Shown here: positions 7,965 through 18,483 of the stretch, in pieces
Layout of the letters: each line of letters begins with the position of its first letter
Position numbering within the stretch: position 1 is the stretch's first letter
Assembly: GCA_036012755.1 (NCBI GenBank)
Contig: DASCPX010000138.1
Coordinates: 1-53,727 of the forward strand
Length of the DNA stretch: 53,727 nucleotides
Source: Myxococcota bacterium
GTDB lineage: Bacteria > Myxococcota_A > UBA796 > CAJQPC01
Direction of reading: 5' to 3'
Notes under the pieces: generated by a model
Database searches by the model: none
What the model was told of the DNA's origin: nothing
Seen by the model: only the letters and a program-made list of their open reading frames with translations
Program-made: the position numbers and the translations under genes

Positions 7965-8479
7965 TCGTCCACCTGGACCAGATACCTGAGATGGGCTTTC
8001 AGGTCCCGGAGCTCGGCGACTGGGCGGCGGCGGCTGTGGGGCTCGTCCTGGAAGGCCACGCCGAGCGTGTCGACGGCGAGCTCCTCCTGGTCGCCTACGG
8101 TGATGAGATCCGGGTCACCGGGTACATCGCCGCGGTCGTGCGTCGCCCTTGTGACCGGTGCGCAGTGGACCTGGTGGTCGAGCTCGAAGGGGACGTCGAT
8201 CTCCACTATGTCCCGGCTGGGAGTCGGGAAGGGGAGGAGTGCGGGGCGCTGCACGGGTCCGAGCTCGAGATCGGCTTCTACGCAGACGGCGCGATCGATC
8301 TGGCTTCCGTGGTCGGGGAGTACTTTGCGCTTGGGGCCCCTGCCCGGTTAGCGTGCGACGTCCCTGGCGCCAGGGTCGCTGACGGCGAGAGCTGTGGAGC
8401 ACTGAAAGAGGGCGTCGAAGCGAAAAAACCCGTCGACCCGCGCTTCGCTGCCTTGGCGGGCCTGAAGCTGGACGACTGA
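7961..8479 (+). CDS. yceD: YceD/DUF177 family protein
   Basis: CDRC motif and C-terminal [13 protein letters not shown]; upstream of rpmF; ATGA overlap. Confidence 0.85.
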   Translation: MIVHLDQIPEMGFQVPELGDWAAAAVGLVLEGHAERVDGELLLVAYGDEIRVTGYIAAVVRRPCDRCAVDLVVELEGDVDLHYVPAGSREGEECGALHGSELEIGFYADGAIDLASVVGEYFALGAPARLACDVPGARVADGESCGALKEGVEAKKPVDPRFAALAGLKLDD

Positions 8480-8513
8480 GACCACGAGCCCTTCGGGGCG
8501 ACCGGAGTTCGAA

Positions 8514-8705
8514 ATGGCGGTCCCCAAGAAGCGTACGAGCAAGTCGCGCAAGAACATGCGGCGCAGCCACGACGCCCTGAAGTACGTGGCAGCCAGCGAA
8601 TCCTGCGACAACTGCGGCGAGCTCAAGCTCCGCCATCACGTCTGTCCCACCTGTGGTCAGTACCGTGGCAAGCAGGTCACCGCCGACAAGCGCGACGACG
8701 AATAG
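8514..8705 (+). CDS. rpmF: 50S ribosomal protein L32 (zinc-binding form)
   Basis: [19 protein letters not shown]...CDNC...HHVCPTCG. Confidence 0.97.
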   Translation: MAVPKKRTSKSRKNMRRSHDALKYVAASESCDNCGELKLRHHVCPTCGQYRGKQVTADKRDDE

Positions 8706-8798
8706 ACGACGAGCTTTGATCCCTCCCCGTTTCGCTCCTTTGTTGCTCGACGAAGGCCCCCGGTTAAGACCGCCGTCCCCCGCTGAGTGAGGTTGTCG

Positions 8799-9038
8799 GT
8801 GGCCAACGAACAGACCATCTCTCGCGTCCACGCGTTGATCTCCGAGTCCCTCGGCGTCAGCGACGGCGAGATCGTTCCCGCAGCCTCCTTCATCGAGGAT
8901 CTCGGAGCCGACTCCCTCGACATCGTCGAACTCGTGATGGCGATCGAGAAGGAGTTCGACATCGAGATCTCCGATGACGACGCCGAGCGCATCGCGACGG
9001 TCCAAGACGCGATCGACTACATCAACGAGCGCGTCTGA
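8799..9038 (+). CDS. acpP: Acyl carrier protein
   Basis: [24 protein letters not shown] phosphopantetheine site; GTG start after GAGG. Confidence 0.95.
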   Translation: MANEQTISRVHALISESLGVSDGEIVPAASFIEDLGADSLDIVELVMAIEKEFDIEISDDDAERIATVQDAIDYINERV

Positions 9039-9077
9039 GGATCAGGTTTCGCCCTCCTGCGTGCACGAGAGCTCCAA

Positions 9078-10310
9078 ATGAAGCGGGTCGTCGTCACCGG
9101 AGTGGGGGCGGTCAGCCCCTGTGGCAACACCGCGCCGGCCATGTGGAAGAACATGGTCGAGGGCAACAGCGGGATCGGCCCCATCACGCGCTTCGACTGC
9201 GCGGGTTGGCCCGTGCGCATCGCCGGCGAGATCGATGGCTTCGACGCCGTCGCGCTGTTGGGTCAGCGGCTGGTCAAGCGCATGGACCCCTTCATGCAGT
9301 ACGCGGCCGTCGCTGCGGACGAGGCCCTGGCCGACGCCGGCCTCGCGCTGGACGAGATCGACCCGGAGCGCGTGGGCGCCTACGTCGGAACCGGGGTCGG
9401 GGGCATCACGGAGCTCCTCAGCGGTCATGAGGACTACGTCCGCGAGGGTCCGAAGGGCGTGTCCCCCTTCTACATCCCGCGATCGCTGACGAACCTCGGG
9501 GCCGGGTGGATCGCCATGCGCCTCAACGCCAAGGGGCCGAACCTCGCCGTCGCGACCGCCTGCGCCTCCGCCAACCACAGCATCGGCGAGGCGGCTCGGG
9601 CCATCCGCGCGGGAGACGCCGACGTCATCTTCGCCGGCGGGGCAGAGGCCCCCATCTACGGGGCCGCCGTCGCCGGCTTCATGGTGATGAGGGCCCTGTC
9701 GAAGAACTCGGAGGATCCCACCCGCGCGTCGAGACCCTTCGACGCGAACCGCGATGGCTTCGTGATTGGTGAGGGGGCCGGGATCCTCGTGGTCGAGGAC
9801 TACGACCACGCCGTTGCACGAGGCGCCCGCATCTACGCGGAGCTCACCGGCTACGGGCTCAACTGCGATGCCTACCACCTGACGGCGCCATCACCAGGTG
9901 GGGAGGGCGCGGCCCGCTGCATGAAGATGGCGCTCCGCACTGCCAGGCTCGAACCCGAGCAGATCGGCTACGTCAACGCCCACGGCACCTCCACGCCCCA
10001 GAACGACGTCACCGAGACCCAGGCGCTGCACACCGTCTTCGGCGACCACGCGCGGTCCCTGATGGTCTCGAGCACCAAGTCCGTGACCGGGCATCTGCTG
10101 GGGGCCGCCGGCGGCGTCGAGTCCATCGCGACTGTCATGGCCATCCACGAGGGCGTCGTTCCCCCGACGGCGACCTGGGAGGAGCGCGACCCGGCCTGCG
10201 ATCTGGACTATGTGCCGCAGGTGGCCCGTGACGCACGTATCGAGCACGCCCTGTGCAACTCCTTCGGCTTCGGTGGCACGAACGCTACCTTGCTCTTCTC
10301 GAGGGTCTGA
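9078..10310 (+). CDS. fabF: Beta-ketoacyl-ACP synthase II
   Basis: TACAS, NAHGTST, GHLLGAAG and NSFGFGGTN motifs. Confidence 0.95.
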   Translation: MKRVVVTGVGAVSPCGNTAPAMWKNMVEGNSGIGPITRFDCAGWPVRIAGEIDGFDAVALLGQRLVKRMDPFMQYAAVAADEALADAGLALDEIDPERVGAYVGTGVGGITELLSGHEDYVREGPKGVSPFYIPRSLTNLGAGWIAMRLNAKGPNLAVATACASANHSIGEAARAIRAGDADVIFAGGAEAPIYGAAVAGFMVMRALSKNSEDPTRASRPFDANRDGFVIGEGAGILVVEDYDHAVARGARIYAELTGYGLNCDAYHLTAPSPGGEGAARCMKMALRTARLEPEQIGYVNAHGTSTPQNDVTETQALHTVFGDHARSLMVSSTKSVTGHLLGAAGGVESIATVMAIHEGVVPPTATWEERDPACDLDYVPQVARDARIEHALCNSFGFGGTNATLLFSRV

Positions 10311-10747
10311 TGCGCATCGCGATTGCCTCCGATCACGCCGGCTTCGATCTTCGCCAGATCGTCTCGGAGCACCTCGTCGCCCTCGGACACGAGGTCATGG
10401 ACCTCGGCCCGGCGGCCAAAGCCCGCTGCGACTACCCCGACTTTGCAGAGAAGGTCGGGACGAAGGTGGCTTCCGGGGAGGCGACCTTCGGCTTTCTCTG
10501 CTGCGGGACCGGGGTGGGGATGGCAATGGCCGCCAACAAGGTCCGCGGTGTGCGCGCTGCCGTCGTCTCGGATAGTTTCTCGGCCCGCGCGACGCGGGAA
10601 CACAACGACTGCAACGTCCTGTGTCTCGGTGAGCGGGTCGTCGGTCCCGGTCTCGCTCTTCAGATCGTCGACGCGTTCTTGAGCGGCGAGTTCGAAGGCG
10701 GACGCCACGTAGGCCGTGTGCAGAAGATCATGGACCTCGAACGCTGA
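10310..10747 (+). CDS. rpiB: Ribose-5-phosphate isomerase B
   Basis: MRIAIASDHAG, CGTGVGM, EHND.NVLCLG and GGRH motifs. Confidence 0.95.
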   Translation: MRIAIASDHAGFDLRQIVSEHLVALGHEVMDLGPAAKARCDYPDFAEKVGTKVASGEATFGFLCCGTGVGMAMAANKVRGVRAAVVSDSFSARATREHNDCNVLCLGERVVGPGLALQIVDAFLSGEFEGGRHVGRVQKIMDLER

Positions 10748-10772
10748 AGGGGCGCCGAGGTTGGGAGAACAG

Positions 10773-12041
10773 ATGGCCCACCTCGAGCAAGCAGACCCAG
10801 AGCTCTTCCAAGCGATCCAGGGCGAGATTCGTCGCCAGGCGCGGGACATCGAGCTCATCGCTTCGGAGAATTACGTCTCGGCCGCCGTGCTCGAGGCCCT
10901 CGGGTCTCCGCTGACCAACAAGTACGCGGAGGGGCTCCCGAACCGCCGCTACTACGGCGGCTGTGAAGAGGTCGACAAGGCCGAGATCCTGGCCAGGAAC
11001 CGGGCGCGGGAGCTCTTCGGAAGCGTCGGGGCGAACGTCCAACCGCACTCCGGGGCGACCGCGAACGCGGCGATCTACCTCGCGGCCCTCGACGGGGGCG
11101 ACACCATCCTCGGGCTCGATCTCTCCCACGGAGGACACCTCACCCACGGCTCGCCGGTCAACGCTTCTGGCAAGCTCTACCGGGCGGTTCACTACACCCT
11201 GGATCCGGCGAGCGGCCGGATCGACATGGGCCGTGTGCGCGAGGCGGCGCTGTTGCACCGCCCGAAGATGATCGTCACGGGTGCCTCCGCCTACCCCCGG
11301 TTCTGGGACTGGGAGGCCTTTCGTGCGGTCGCGGACGAGGTCGGCGCCCTGCTCTTCGCCGACATCGCCCACGTCGCGGGCCTCGTCGTGACGGGCCACC
11401 ATCCCAGCCCGATTCCGCACTGCGACTACGTCTCGACCACGACCCACAAGACGCTTCGCGGACCCCGCGGCGGCCTGGTCATGGGCACGAGGCAGACCAT
11501 GAAGCGGCTCAACTCGGCGGTCTTCCCGGGTACCCAGGGGGGGCCCATGATGCACTGCATCGCCGCAAAGGCCGTGGCCTTCAAGGAGGCCCTCGACCCG
11601 AGCTTTTCGGCGTACTCCGCCCAGGTCCTCGACAACTCCAAGGCGATGGCGAACCGGCTGACGGAGCGAGGCTTCGAGCTCGTCAGCGGCGGCACGGACA
11701 ACCACCTGATGCTCATCGATCTGTCCGGGAGGGACATCTCCGGCAAGGACGCAGAGGACCTCCTCGGCCGTGTCGGGATCACGACGAACAAGAACACCGT
11801 TCCTGGCGAGAAGCGCAGCCCCTTCGTCACCTCCGGCATCCGCATCGGAACCCCCGCGATGACGACGCGTGGCATGGACGCGGAGGCCAGCGTGCGCATC
11901 GCTGACTGGATCGCCGATACGCTCGACGACGGCGACGACACCGAGGTGGCAGCGCGGGTCAGCGGCGAAGTCGCTGCCTGGTGCGCCGACCACCCCGTGC
12001 CAGAGGTCCACCTCGACTGGACCGCGAGGCGCGCAGGTTGA
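10773..12041 (+). CDS. glyA: Serine hydroxymethyltransferase
   Basis: ELIASEN, KYAEG..RRYYGG and TTTHKTLRGPRGG (PLP lysine). Confidence 0.97.
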   Translation: MAHLEQADPELFQAIQGEIRRQARDIELIASENYVSAAVLEALGSPLTNKYAEGLPNRRYYGGCEEVDKAEILARNRARELFGSVGANVQPHSGATANAAIYLAALDGGDTILGLDLSHGGHLTHGSPVNASGKLYRAVHYTLDPASGRIDMGRVREAALLHRPKMIVTGASAYPRFWDWEAFRAVADEVGALLFADIAHVAGLVVTGHHPSPIPHCDYVSTTTHKTLRGPRGGLVMGTRQTMKRLNSAVFPGTQGGPMMHCIAAKAVAFKEALDPSFSAYSAQVLDNSKAMANRLTERGFELVSGGTDNHLMLIDLSGRDISGKDAEDLLGRVGITTNKNTVPGEKRSPFVTSGIRIGTPAMTTRGMDAEASVRIADWIADTLDDGDDTEVAARVSGEVAAWCADHPVPEVHLDWTARRAG

Positions 12042-12490
12042 CCTGTCCCTTCTGCCAGCACCGGGCCAGTCGCGTCGTCGACTCGCGCAGCCTCGGCGAA
12101 GCGATCCGCCGCCGCCGGGAGTGCGAGGGCTGCGCCCGACGGTTCTCGACGCTGGAGCGGCTCGACCGGCGGATGCCGCAGGTCTTGAAGAAGGACGGCA
12201 CCCGTCAGGCCTTCGACCTCCACAAGGTGCGTCGCGGCTTCGCGCTGAGCTGTCGCAAGCGGCCGGTGGACAACCAGGCCATCGATGACGCTCTCGGCCG
12301 CATCGAGGCTCGCATCTACGGCTCTGCCCAGGCCGACATCACCAGCGAGCAGGTGGGCCGGCACGTGCTCGAAGAGCTGCGCGGGCTGGACGGCGTGGCC
12401 TTCGTGCGCTTCGCCTCGGTCTACCTGGAGTTCGATGATCCGGAGCAGTTCCTCGGCCTGGTGGAGCGCAGCCTGGGGGGAGTCGAGTGA
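12038..12490 (+). CDS. nrdR: Transcriptional repressor NrdR
   Basis: CPFC...IRRRRECEGC zinc ribbon, ATP cone, VRFASVY; TTG start overlapping the glyA stop. Confidence 0.93.
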   Translation: MTCPFCQHRASRVVDSRSLGEAIRRRRECEGCARRFSTLERLDRRMPQVLKKDGTRQAFDLHKVRRGFALSCRKRPVDNQAIDDALGRIEARIYGSAQADITSEQVGRHVLEELRGLDGVAFVRFASVYLEFDDPEQFLGLVERSLGGVE

Positions 12491-13551
12491 GCCGCGAGCA
12501 CGACGCCGTCTTCATGCGGCGCTGCCTCCAGCTGGCCCGACGGGGAGCTGGCCGGACCGCGCCGAATCCGCTGGTCGGGGCGCTGGTCGTACGGGACGGG
12601 GAAGTGCTCGGCGAGGGGTGGCACGCTCGGTACGGGAGCGCCCACGCCGAGATCGGGGCTCTCGATGGCGTCGAGGCCTCGGGCTGCACCATGTACGTCA
12701 GCCTCGAGCCGTGTTGCTGGCACGGCAAGACGCCTCCCTGCACCGACGCCGTGCTGGCCAGCGGGGTCGAGCGTGTCGTCGTGGGCATGGTGGACCCGCA
12801 TCCGAACGTGCAGGGTCAGGGACTCGCCATCCTCCGGTCCGCCGGGATCGAGGTCGACCTCGGCTGCGAGGAAGAGGCCTGCCGCGACCTCAACGCGGGC
12901 TTCATCAAGGCCCACGAGCGTGGCCTCCCGCGGGTCTGGCTGAAGGCCGCGACCACCCTGGACGGCCACATCGCCGACCACGCCGGCGCCTCGAGGTGGA
13001 TCACCTCTCAGGAGGCCAGGGGCGAGGGTCACCGGATGCGAGATCGCTGCGACGCCATCCTCGTCGGCTCGGGCACCCTGCTGGCAGATGACCCGGCGCT
13101 GACGACCCGCGGGGTCGAGGGCGGCCGCGACGCCCTGCGGTGCATCCTCGACACCGAGCTCCGCTGTCCAGAGGACGCTCGCATACTCCGCGCCGGGCAG
13201 CGCCCTCCGCTCTTGTTCTGCGCCGAGGACGCACCCCAACGCCAGCTCCGCGCGGTCGTGGTGCGTGTGCCGCGGGCCGAAGCTGGCCTGGATGTCGGGG
13301 CGGTGCTCCGCGAGCTCTGCCGCAGGAACATCCACGAGGTCCTCGTCGAGGGAGGAGCCACCGTCACCCGCAGCCTGCTGGATGCCGGGGTCGTCGACCG
13401 GATGCTGTTGTTCCTGGCTCCCAAGGTCCTCGCTGGAGGGGCCGGCTTCGTCGGCGGGCCGCCGAAAGACCTCGCGGAGGCAAGTCGCTTTCGTGTTCGC
13501 AGCGTCCGCCGCGTCGGCCCGGACGTGCTCCTCGATCTGGAGGTGAGCTGA
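12487..13551 (+). CDS. ribD: Bifunctional riboflavin deaminase/reductase
   Basis: PNPLVGA, HAE, SLEPCCWHGKTPPC and VLVEGGA motifs. Confidence 0.95.
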   Translation: MSREHDAVFMRRCLQLARRGAGRTAPNPLVGALVVRDGEVLGEGWHARYGSAHAEIGALDGVEASGCTMYVSLEPCCWHGKTPPCTDAVLASGVERVVVGMVDPHPNVQGQGLAILRSAGIEVDLGCEEEACRDLNAGFIKAHERGLPRVWLKAATTLDGHIADHAGASRWITSQEARGEGHRMRDRCDAILVGSGTLLADDPALTTRGVEGGRDALRCILDTELRCPEDARILRAGQRPPLLFCAEDAPQRQLRAVVVRVPRAEAGLDVGAVLRELCRRNIHEVLVEGGATVTRSLLDAGVVDRMLLFLAPKVLAGGAGFVGGPPKDLAEASRFRVRSVRRVGPDVLLDLEVS

Positions 13552-14192
13552 TGTTCACTGGTCTCGTCACCGACCTGGGAGAGGTCCTCGAGTTGACCCC
13601 CCATGGCCGCGGTCGCCGGCTGCGACTCTCGACCGCCTACGACATCGATGACCTGGAGCTGGGCGCGAGCATCGCCTGCGACGGCATCTGCCTCACCGTC
13701 GAGTCCAAGAAGCCAGGCAGCTTCACGGTCACCGCTGGCATCGAGACGCTGCAGTGCACGACCCTGGGCGGCTGGAAGCGGGGCCGGAAGGTGCACCTCG
13801 AGCAGGCGCTGAGGCTGGGCGATCGACTGGGCGGACACCTCGTCTCCGGCCACGTCGACGGGGTTGGCAGGACGACGAAGATCGAGCGCCTCCAGGAGAG
13901 CGTGGTGACCTGGATCGAGGCCCCTCGGGAGCTGTCGCGATATGTGGCCACGAAGGGCTCCATCTGCATCGATGGGGTCTCGCTCACTGTCAACGAGGTC
14001 CGAGGAGCCACCTTCCGCGTCAACCTGGTGCCCCACACCGTCGCGAACACCCACCTCGGGAGCGGCCTGGGCGAGCCGGTCAACCTCGAGGTCGACCTCC
14101 TCGCTCGCTACGTGGAGCGGCTACTCGAGGGGGCCGAGCCGGGACTGACGATGGAGAGGCTCCAGGAGCTCGGGTACGGAGGCAAGTCATGA
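13551..14192 (+). CDS. ribE: Riboflavin synthase (alpha chain)
   Basis: MFTG N-terminus, [25 protein letters not shown] and VNLEVD. Confidence 0.95.
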   Translation: MFTGLVTDLGEVLELTPHGRGRRLRLSTAYDIDDLELGASIACDGICLTVESKKPGSFTVTAGIETLQCTTLGGWKRGRKVHLEQALRLGDRLGGHLVSGHVDGVGRTTKIERLQESVVTWIEAPRELSRYVATKGSICIDGVSLTVNEVRGATFRVNLVPHTVANTHLGSGLGEPVNLEVDLLARYVERLLEGAEPGLTMERLQELGYGGKS

Positions 14193-15433
14193 GTTTCGAG
14201 GTGATGGACCCGGACCCGATGGTCCGAGCCGAGACCGCGATCGACGACATTCGGGCCGGACGGATGGTCATCCTCGTGGACGACGAGGATCGGGAGAACG
14301 AGGGCGACCTCACGATGGCCGCGGAGAAGGTCACGGCGGAGGGCATCAACTTCATGGCGCGCGAGGGACGGGGTCTGATCTGCCTGTCGCTCACCGGTGC
14401 TCGCATCGACCGCCTCGGCCTGCCGATGATGTCGGTCAACAACCAGAGCCCGTACCACACGGCGTTCACCGTCTCCATCGAGGCCCGCGAGGGTGTCAGC
14501 ACGGGAATCTCGGCAGCGGACCGGGCTCGCACCGTCCAGGTGGCCATCGACAACGACACCGGCGCATCGGACCTGGTCACACCGGGCCACATCTTCCCGC
14601 TCAAGGCGCGGGATGGCGGTGTCCTCGTGCGCACCGGCCAGACAGAGGGCAGCGTCGATCTCGCTCGCCTCGCGGGCCTCGAGCCAGCTGGTGTCATCTG
14701 CGAGATCATGAACGATGACGGCACGATGGCCCGGCTGCCGGACCTTCGGCAGTTCGCTGCGAAGCACGAGCTCCACATCGTGACCATCGCCGACCTCATC
14801 CAGTGGCGGCTCCGCAACGAGCGCCTGGTCGAGCGGGTCATGGACGCGCGCTTCCCGATCCCCGGTCTGGGCGACTTCAACGCTCGCATCTACCGCTCGC
14901 GCACTCCCAACGGTGGCCTCCACATGGCCCTGTGGAAGGGCGCGATCGAAAACCCGAGCCTGGTGCGCATCCAAGCCAGCGACCCGGTGGGCGATGTCTT
15001 CAAGGCGGGCAGCTCCGACGCCGCCGCACAGCTCGACGCCGCGGTCTGCCAGATCGCGGACGAGGGCAGCGGACTGTTCGTCTACATGAACGTCTTCGGT
15101 GGACGCTCGGAGGACGCGCTCCTCCACATGATCCGCGGTCACCTGCTCCCGCTCGACGGCGAGGAGGAGCAGAAGGAGGTCCGGGCGAACCCGAACACTG
15201 GGTTCCGCGACTTCGGCACAGGCGCCCAGATCCTCGTGGACATGGGCGTGCGCCAGCTGCGGCTGTTGACGAACAACCCGCGGAAGATCGTGGGCCTGGA
15301 GGGCTACGGCCTCGAGGTCGTCGAGCGGGTGCCGATCAACGTCACGACTACAGCGGACAACAAGTCCTTCCTCGAGGCCCGGCGAGAGCAGCTGGGTCAT
15401 CTCATCTCGCTGTCTTCCGAGACGGGGGTCTGA
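14189..15433 (+). CDS. ribB: DHBP synthase fused to a degenerate GTP cyclohydrolase II domain (RibBX-type)
   Basis: RibB motifs [17 protein letters not shown] and VICEIM are intact; the C-terminal domain keeps LLTNNPRK but lacks the Zn cysteines. Confidence 0.9.
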   Translation: MSFEVMDPDPMVRAETAIDDIRAGRMVILVDDEDRENEGDLTMAAEKVTAEGINFMAREGRGLICLSLTGARIDRLGLPMMSVNNQSPYHTAFTVSIEAREGVSTGISAADRARTVQVAIDNDTGASDLVTPGHIFPLKARDGGVLVRTGQTEGSVDLARLAGLEPAGVICEIMNDDGTMARLPDLRQFAAKHELHIVTIADLIQWRLRNERLVERVMDARFPIPGLGDFNARIYRSRTPNGGLHMALWKGAIENPSLVRIQASDPVGDVFKAGSSDAAAQLDAAVCQIADEGSGLFVYMNVFGGRSEDALLHMIRGHLLPLDGEEEQKEVRANPNTGFRDFGTGAQILVDMGVRQLRLLTNNPRKIVGLEGYGLEVVERVPINVTTTADNKSFLEARREQLGHLISLSSETGV

Positions 15434-15434
15434 C

Positions 15435-15902
15435 ATGTTGGTCTACGAAGGTGATCTCCTCGACGTCGGCGGGCACTTCGCCCTCGTCGTCTCCCGCTTC
15501 AACGACCTCATCACGGGGCGGCTGCTCGAGGGGGCCCTCGACACCCTGAGGCGTCACGGGGTCTCGGACGAGCGCGTCACGGTGGTGTGGGTTCCCGGTG
15601 CCATCGAGCTGCCGCTGGTCTCCGCTCGCTTCGCCGCGAGGGCCGACATCGACGCCGTGATCGCGCTGGGCTGCATCATCCGCGGTGGGACACCGCACTT
15701 CGACTACGTCGCGGCCGAAGCGGCGAAGGGTCTCGCCGGCGTGATGACCACGACGGGCAAGCCCATCGCCTTCGGCGTGCTGACCACGGAGAGCATCGAG
15801 CAGGCGATCGAGCGGGCTGGCACGAAGATGGGCAACAAGGGCAACGAGGCGGCGCTGAGCGCGCTGGAGATGGTCTCCCTTCTGAAGAAGCTAGACGGCT
15901 AG
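15435..15902 (+). CDS. ribH: 6,7-dimethyl-8-ribityllumazine synthase
   Basis: [23 protein letters not shown] and NKG.EAA motifs. Confidence 0.96.
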   Translation: MLVYEGDLLDVGGHFALVVSRFNDLITGRLLEGALDTLRRHGVSDERVTVVWVPGAIELPLVSARFAARADIDAVIALGCIIRGGTPHFDYVAAEAAKGLAGVMTTTGKPIAFGVLTTESIEQAIERAGTKMGNKGNEAALSALEMVSLLKKLDG

Positions 15903-16345
15903 TGGCCTCTCGTCGCCGCGCCAGAGAGTACGCCCTCCAGGCGCTCTACCAAGCTGATCAGGTCGGTGGATCCGTGCTCGACGCGTTGAGCGGCTTGTGG
16001 TCCGGCTTGCTCGGGGACAGCGACGGCGAGCTGGGTCGCCGCGACGCCGAGTCAGCCGAGATCGAGTTCGCGACCATGCTCTCCCAGGGCGTCCGCGACC
16101 ACCAGGAGGCGCTCGACGTCCGAATCGAGACGACCTCGACGAACTGGCGCATCGCGCGCATGTCCGTGGTCGACCGAAACATCCTCCGGCTCGGCGCGTA
16201 CGAGCTGCTGCACATGGACGACATCCCGGCCAATGTCAGCATCAACGAGGCGGTGGAGCTGGCGAAGCGGTTCGGTACGAAGGACTCTCGCGCCTTCGTC
16301 AACGGCATCCTCGATCGCATCGCCAAGGACGTGGGGGCTGTGTGA
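15902..16345 (+). CDS. nusB: Transcription antitermination factor NusB
   Basis: SRRRAREYALQALYQ, DRNILRL, INEAVELAKRFG and FVNGILD. Confidence 0.95.
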   Translation: MASRRRAREYALQALYQADQVGGSVLDALSGLWSGLLGDSDGELGRRDAESAEIEFATMLSQGVRDHQEALDVRIETTSTNWRIARMSVVDRNILRLGAYELLHMDDIPANVSINEAVELAKRFGTKDSRAFVNGILDRIAKDVGAV

Positions 16346-16647
16346 AAGGACACTGCTTCTGGTTGGTGCTGGCGAGCCTCATCATCGCCATCAGCGTCTT
16401 GCTCGACACCAGCAGCCAGACGGTCGAGGTCTTCGGCTACACCCTCCCGCCCCTCTGTTCCTTCAAGGTGCTCACGGGCTGGAACTGCCCGGGCTGCGGG
16501 TTGACTCGAAGCTTCGCCTTCATGGGCGAGCTGTCCATCGTCGAGGCTTTTCGGATGCACAACTTCGGGCCGGTGATGTGGATCGCGGTCGCGGCACAGA
16601 TTCCCTATCGGCTCGTCCGGATGAGGCTGGAAGCCCGAGTGGCCTGA
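16342..16647 (+). CDS. DUF2752-like membrane protein
   Basis: LCSFKVLTGWNCPGCGLTRSF motif with flanking TM segments; GTGA overlap with nusB. Confidence 0.8.
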   Translation: MKGHCFWLVLASLIIAISVLLDTSSQTVEVFGYTLPPLCSFKVLTGWNCPGCGLTRSFAFMGELSIVEAFRMHNFGPVMWIAVAAQIPYRLVRMRLEARVA

Positions 16648-16684
16648 GCGGGTTGGGGTAAGGTCTCGCGACCACGGACCACCG

Positions 16685-17275
16685 ATGCTCTTGTCACTCA
16701 TCCTCCCAGTCCTCGCCGGGCCGTGCGAGGACGACGCCGCCGGTCGCGCCTGTGTCGAAGCGGCCTTGGAGCACGCCCTGAGCGGCGAGTCCGCCGCCGC
16801 TTCAGAGTTGAAGTCGGCCTGCGACGCGGGCAACGACGATGCCTGCTTCCACAGGGGCGTCTACGCGCTCGTGCTCGGCAAGGACCAGGACTTCGAGGTC
16901 AGCGAGAGCGGCCGCGACGCCCTCGCCGGCAAGTGCAAGGCGGGGGTAGGTGCGGCCTGCTACCACCTCGCTGTGTTGCACGACCGAGGTCCCATCGACT
17001 GGCGGGATCGGAGCCAGGCCAGCATGTACAACCGACAGGCCTGCGGAGCCGGGGACCCACGCGGCTGCCACGCCCAGGCGGTGGCCTATGCCGCCGGAGG
17101 ATCGGCGACGGGCGTCACCAAGGCGAAGGCCCTGTTTTCAGATGCCTGCTACGAGCAGGACCACGCCCAGTCCTGTGTGGGCCTGGCGGAGCTCTTGACG
17201 GCATCGGAGCCCCAGGCAGCGGAAGAGGCCATGGAGCGGGCTTGCGCACTGGGCTCGCGAGGCGCCTGCAAGTGA
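16685..17275 (+). CDS. Secreted Sel1/Hcp-like cysteine repeat protein
   Basis: Repeated AC..G...(A/G)C units; short hydrophobic N-terminus. Confidence 0.8.
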   Translation: MLLSLILPVLAGPCEDDAAGRACVEAALEHALSGESAAASELKSACDAGNDDACFHRGVYALVLGKDQDFEVSESGRDALAGKCKAGVGAACYHLAVLHDRGPIDWRDRSQASMYNRQACGAGDPRGCHAQAVAYAAGGSATGVTKAKALFSDACYEQDHAQSCVGLAELLTASEPQAAEEAMERACALGSRGACK

Positions 17276-17715
17276 AGCCTCAGCTGGTGTGGCTCGTCAT
17301 CCCCCTGCTCGTCGGGCTCTCCCAACCCGTGCTCTGGGGCATGAACGACCGCATGGCCCGGGACAGCGGCCAGATGGAGGCCGCGGCGGTGCTCCACATC
17401 ATCGGCGCGGTCTTTGGCTTCGTGCTCGTCTTCGTGGGCCTGAAGGGGGCCGGTGGCATCGCTGGTCTGGCCAGGGTGCCCTGGTGGGCCTGGCTGGCCG
17501 GGGTCATCGGCGTCTCCGGGATGGCGGGCATGATCCGCGCCATTCCAGAGGTCGGCGTCGCTGCTGCCCTTGCCGTCGTCGTGGCCAGCCAGCTCCTCGC
17601 CTCGCTCGTCTTCGAACACTTCGGCTGGATGGGACTTCCGAAGCAACCGCTCACGATGACGCGGCTCGCCGGGGTGGCCCTCTGCGCCGCCGGCGCCTGG
17701 CTCGTCTCACGCTGA
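17272..17715 (+). CDS. DMT family transporter (YdcZ/DUF606-like)
   Basis: PWWAWLAGVIG, QLLASLVFEHFGW and RLAG; multiple TM helices. Confidence 0.85.
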   Translation: MKPQLVWLVIPLLVGLSQPVLWGMNDRMARDSGQMEAAAVLHIIGAVFGFVLVFVGLKGAGGIAGLARVPWWAWLAGVIGVSGMAGMIRAIPEVGVAAALAVVVASQLLASLVFEHFGWMGLPKQPLTMTRLAGVALCAAGAWLVSR

Positions 17716-18483
17716 GGGGTTCTCGAGCGCTCCCGCCAGCTCTCGTGTGAGGGCGCGCAGAGGCTCGACGGCCTCGGCGCCGTGGGCCTCGACGAGGCGA
17801 ACGAAGGCGGAGCCCACGACCACCCCGTCGGCCCCCCGGGCGACGAGCGCTGCGTCCTCGGCGGTGCGGATGCCGAAGCCCACGGCGACGGGGTGGCCCG
17901 AGAGCTCTCGCACGCGGTGAACGCGCCTCACGAGGTCATCGTCGCCCTGGAACGCGGCTCCGGTGACTCCGGTCATCGACACGTAGTAGAGGAAGCCCCC
18001 GGCGCTCGCCGCCAGGCCTACGATGCGGTCGTCTGGTGTGGTGGGCGCGACGAGGAGGATGGGGTGGATGCCTCGGGCTTGCAGCGCTGACCGGAACCCT
18101 GACTCCTCCTCGACCGGGCAGTCCACGCAGAGGACGCCGTCGATGCCGACCTCGGCGCAGCGCTGGGCGAGGCGCTCGTAGCCGTAGCAGAGGAAGGGAT
18201 TCAGGTAGCCGAAGAGGACCTTCGCGCAGTCCAGGTCCGCGGCGATGTCGAGGGCGCCCTCCAGGGTCATGCCTGCAGCCAGGGCCCGCTCGGAGGCCCG
18301 CTGGATCGCTGGTCCGTCGGCGCCAGGGTCCGAGAAGGGCACGCCGATCTCGAGGATGTCGGCGCCCCCGTCGACCAGGGCCTGGAAGAGCTCGGGCGAG
18401 ACCGCTGGCGAGGGATCGCCCGCGCAGAGGTAGCCGATGAGCAGCGGGCGCCGCTCGGCGAAGAGCGCGTCGAGACGGTTCAC
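17707..18483 (-). CDS. trpA: Tryptophan synthase alpha chain
   Basis: [29 protein letters not shown] and GVVVGSA. Confidence 0.96.
   Translation of the reverse strand: MNRLDALFAERRPLLIGYLCAGDPSPAVSPELFQALVDGGADILEIGVPFSDPGADGPAIQRASERALAAGMTLEGALDIAADLDCAKVLFGYLNPFLCYGYERLAQRCAEVGIDGVLCVDCPVEEESGFRSALQARGIHPILLVAPTTPDDRIVGLAASAGGFLYYVSMTGVTGAAFQGDDDLVRRVHRVRELSGHPVAVGFGIRTAEDAALVARGADGVVVGSAFVRLVEAHGAEAVEPLRALTRELAGALENPSA

Noticed and set aside
6977..8479. 500-aa ORF as a long YceD
   Set aside because: The first ~328 codons are Arg/Gly/Pro-rich off-frame read-through of the rSAM-like gene; YceD starts at 7961
12400..12490. FMN riboswitch ahead of the rib genes
   Set aside because: ribD overlaps nrdR, leaving no leader, and no RFN motif was seen
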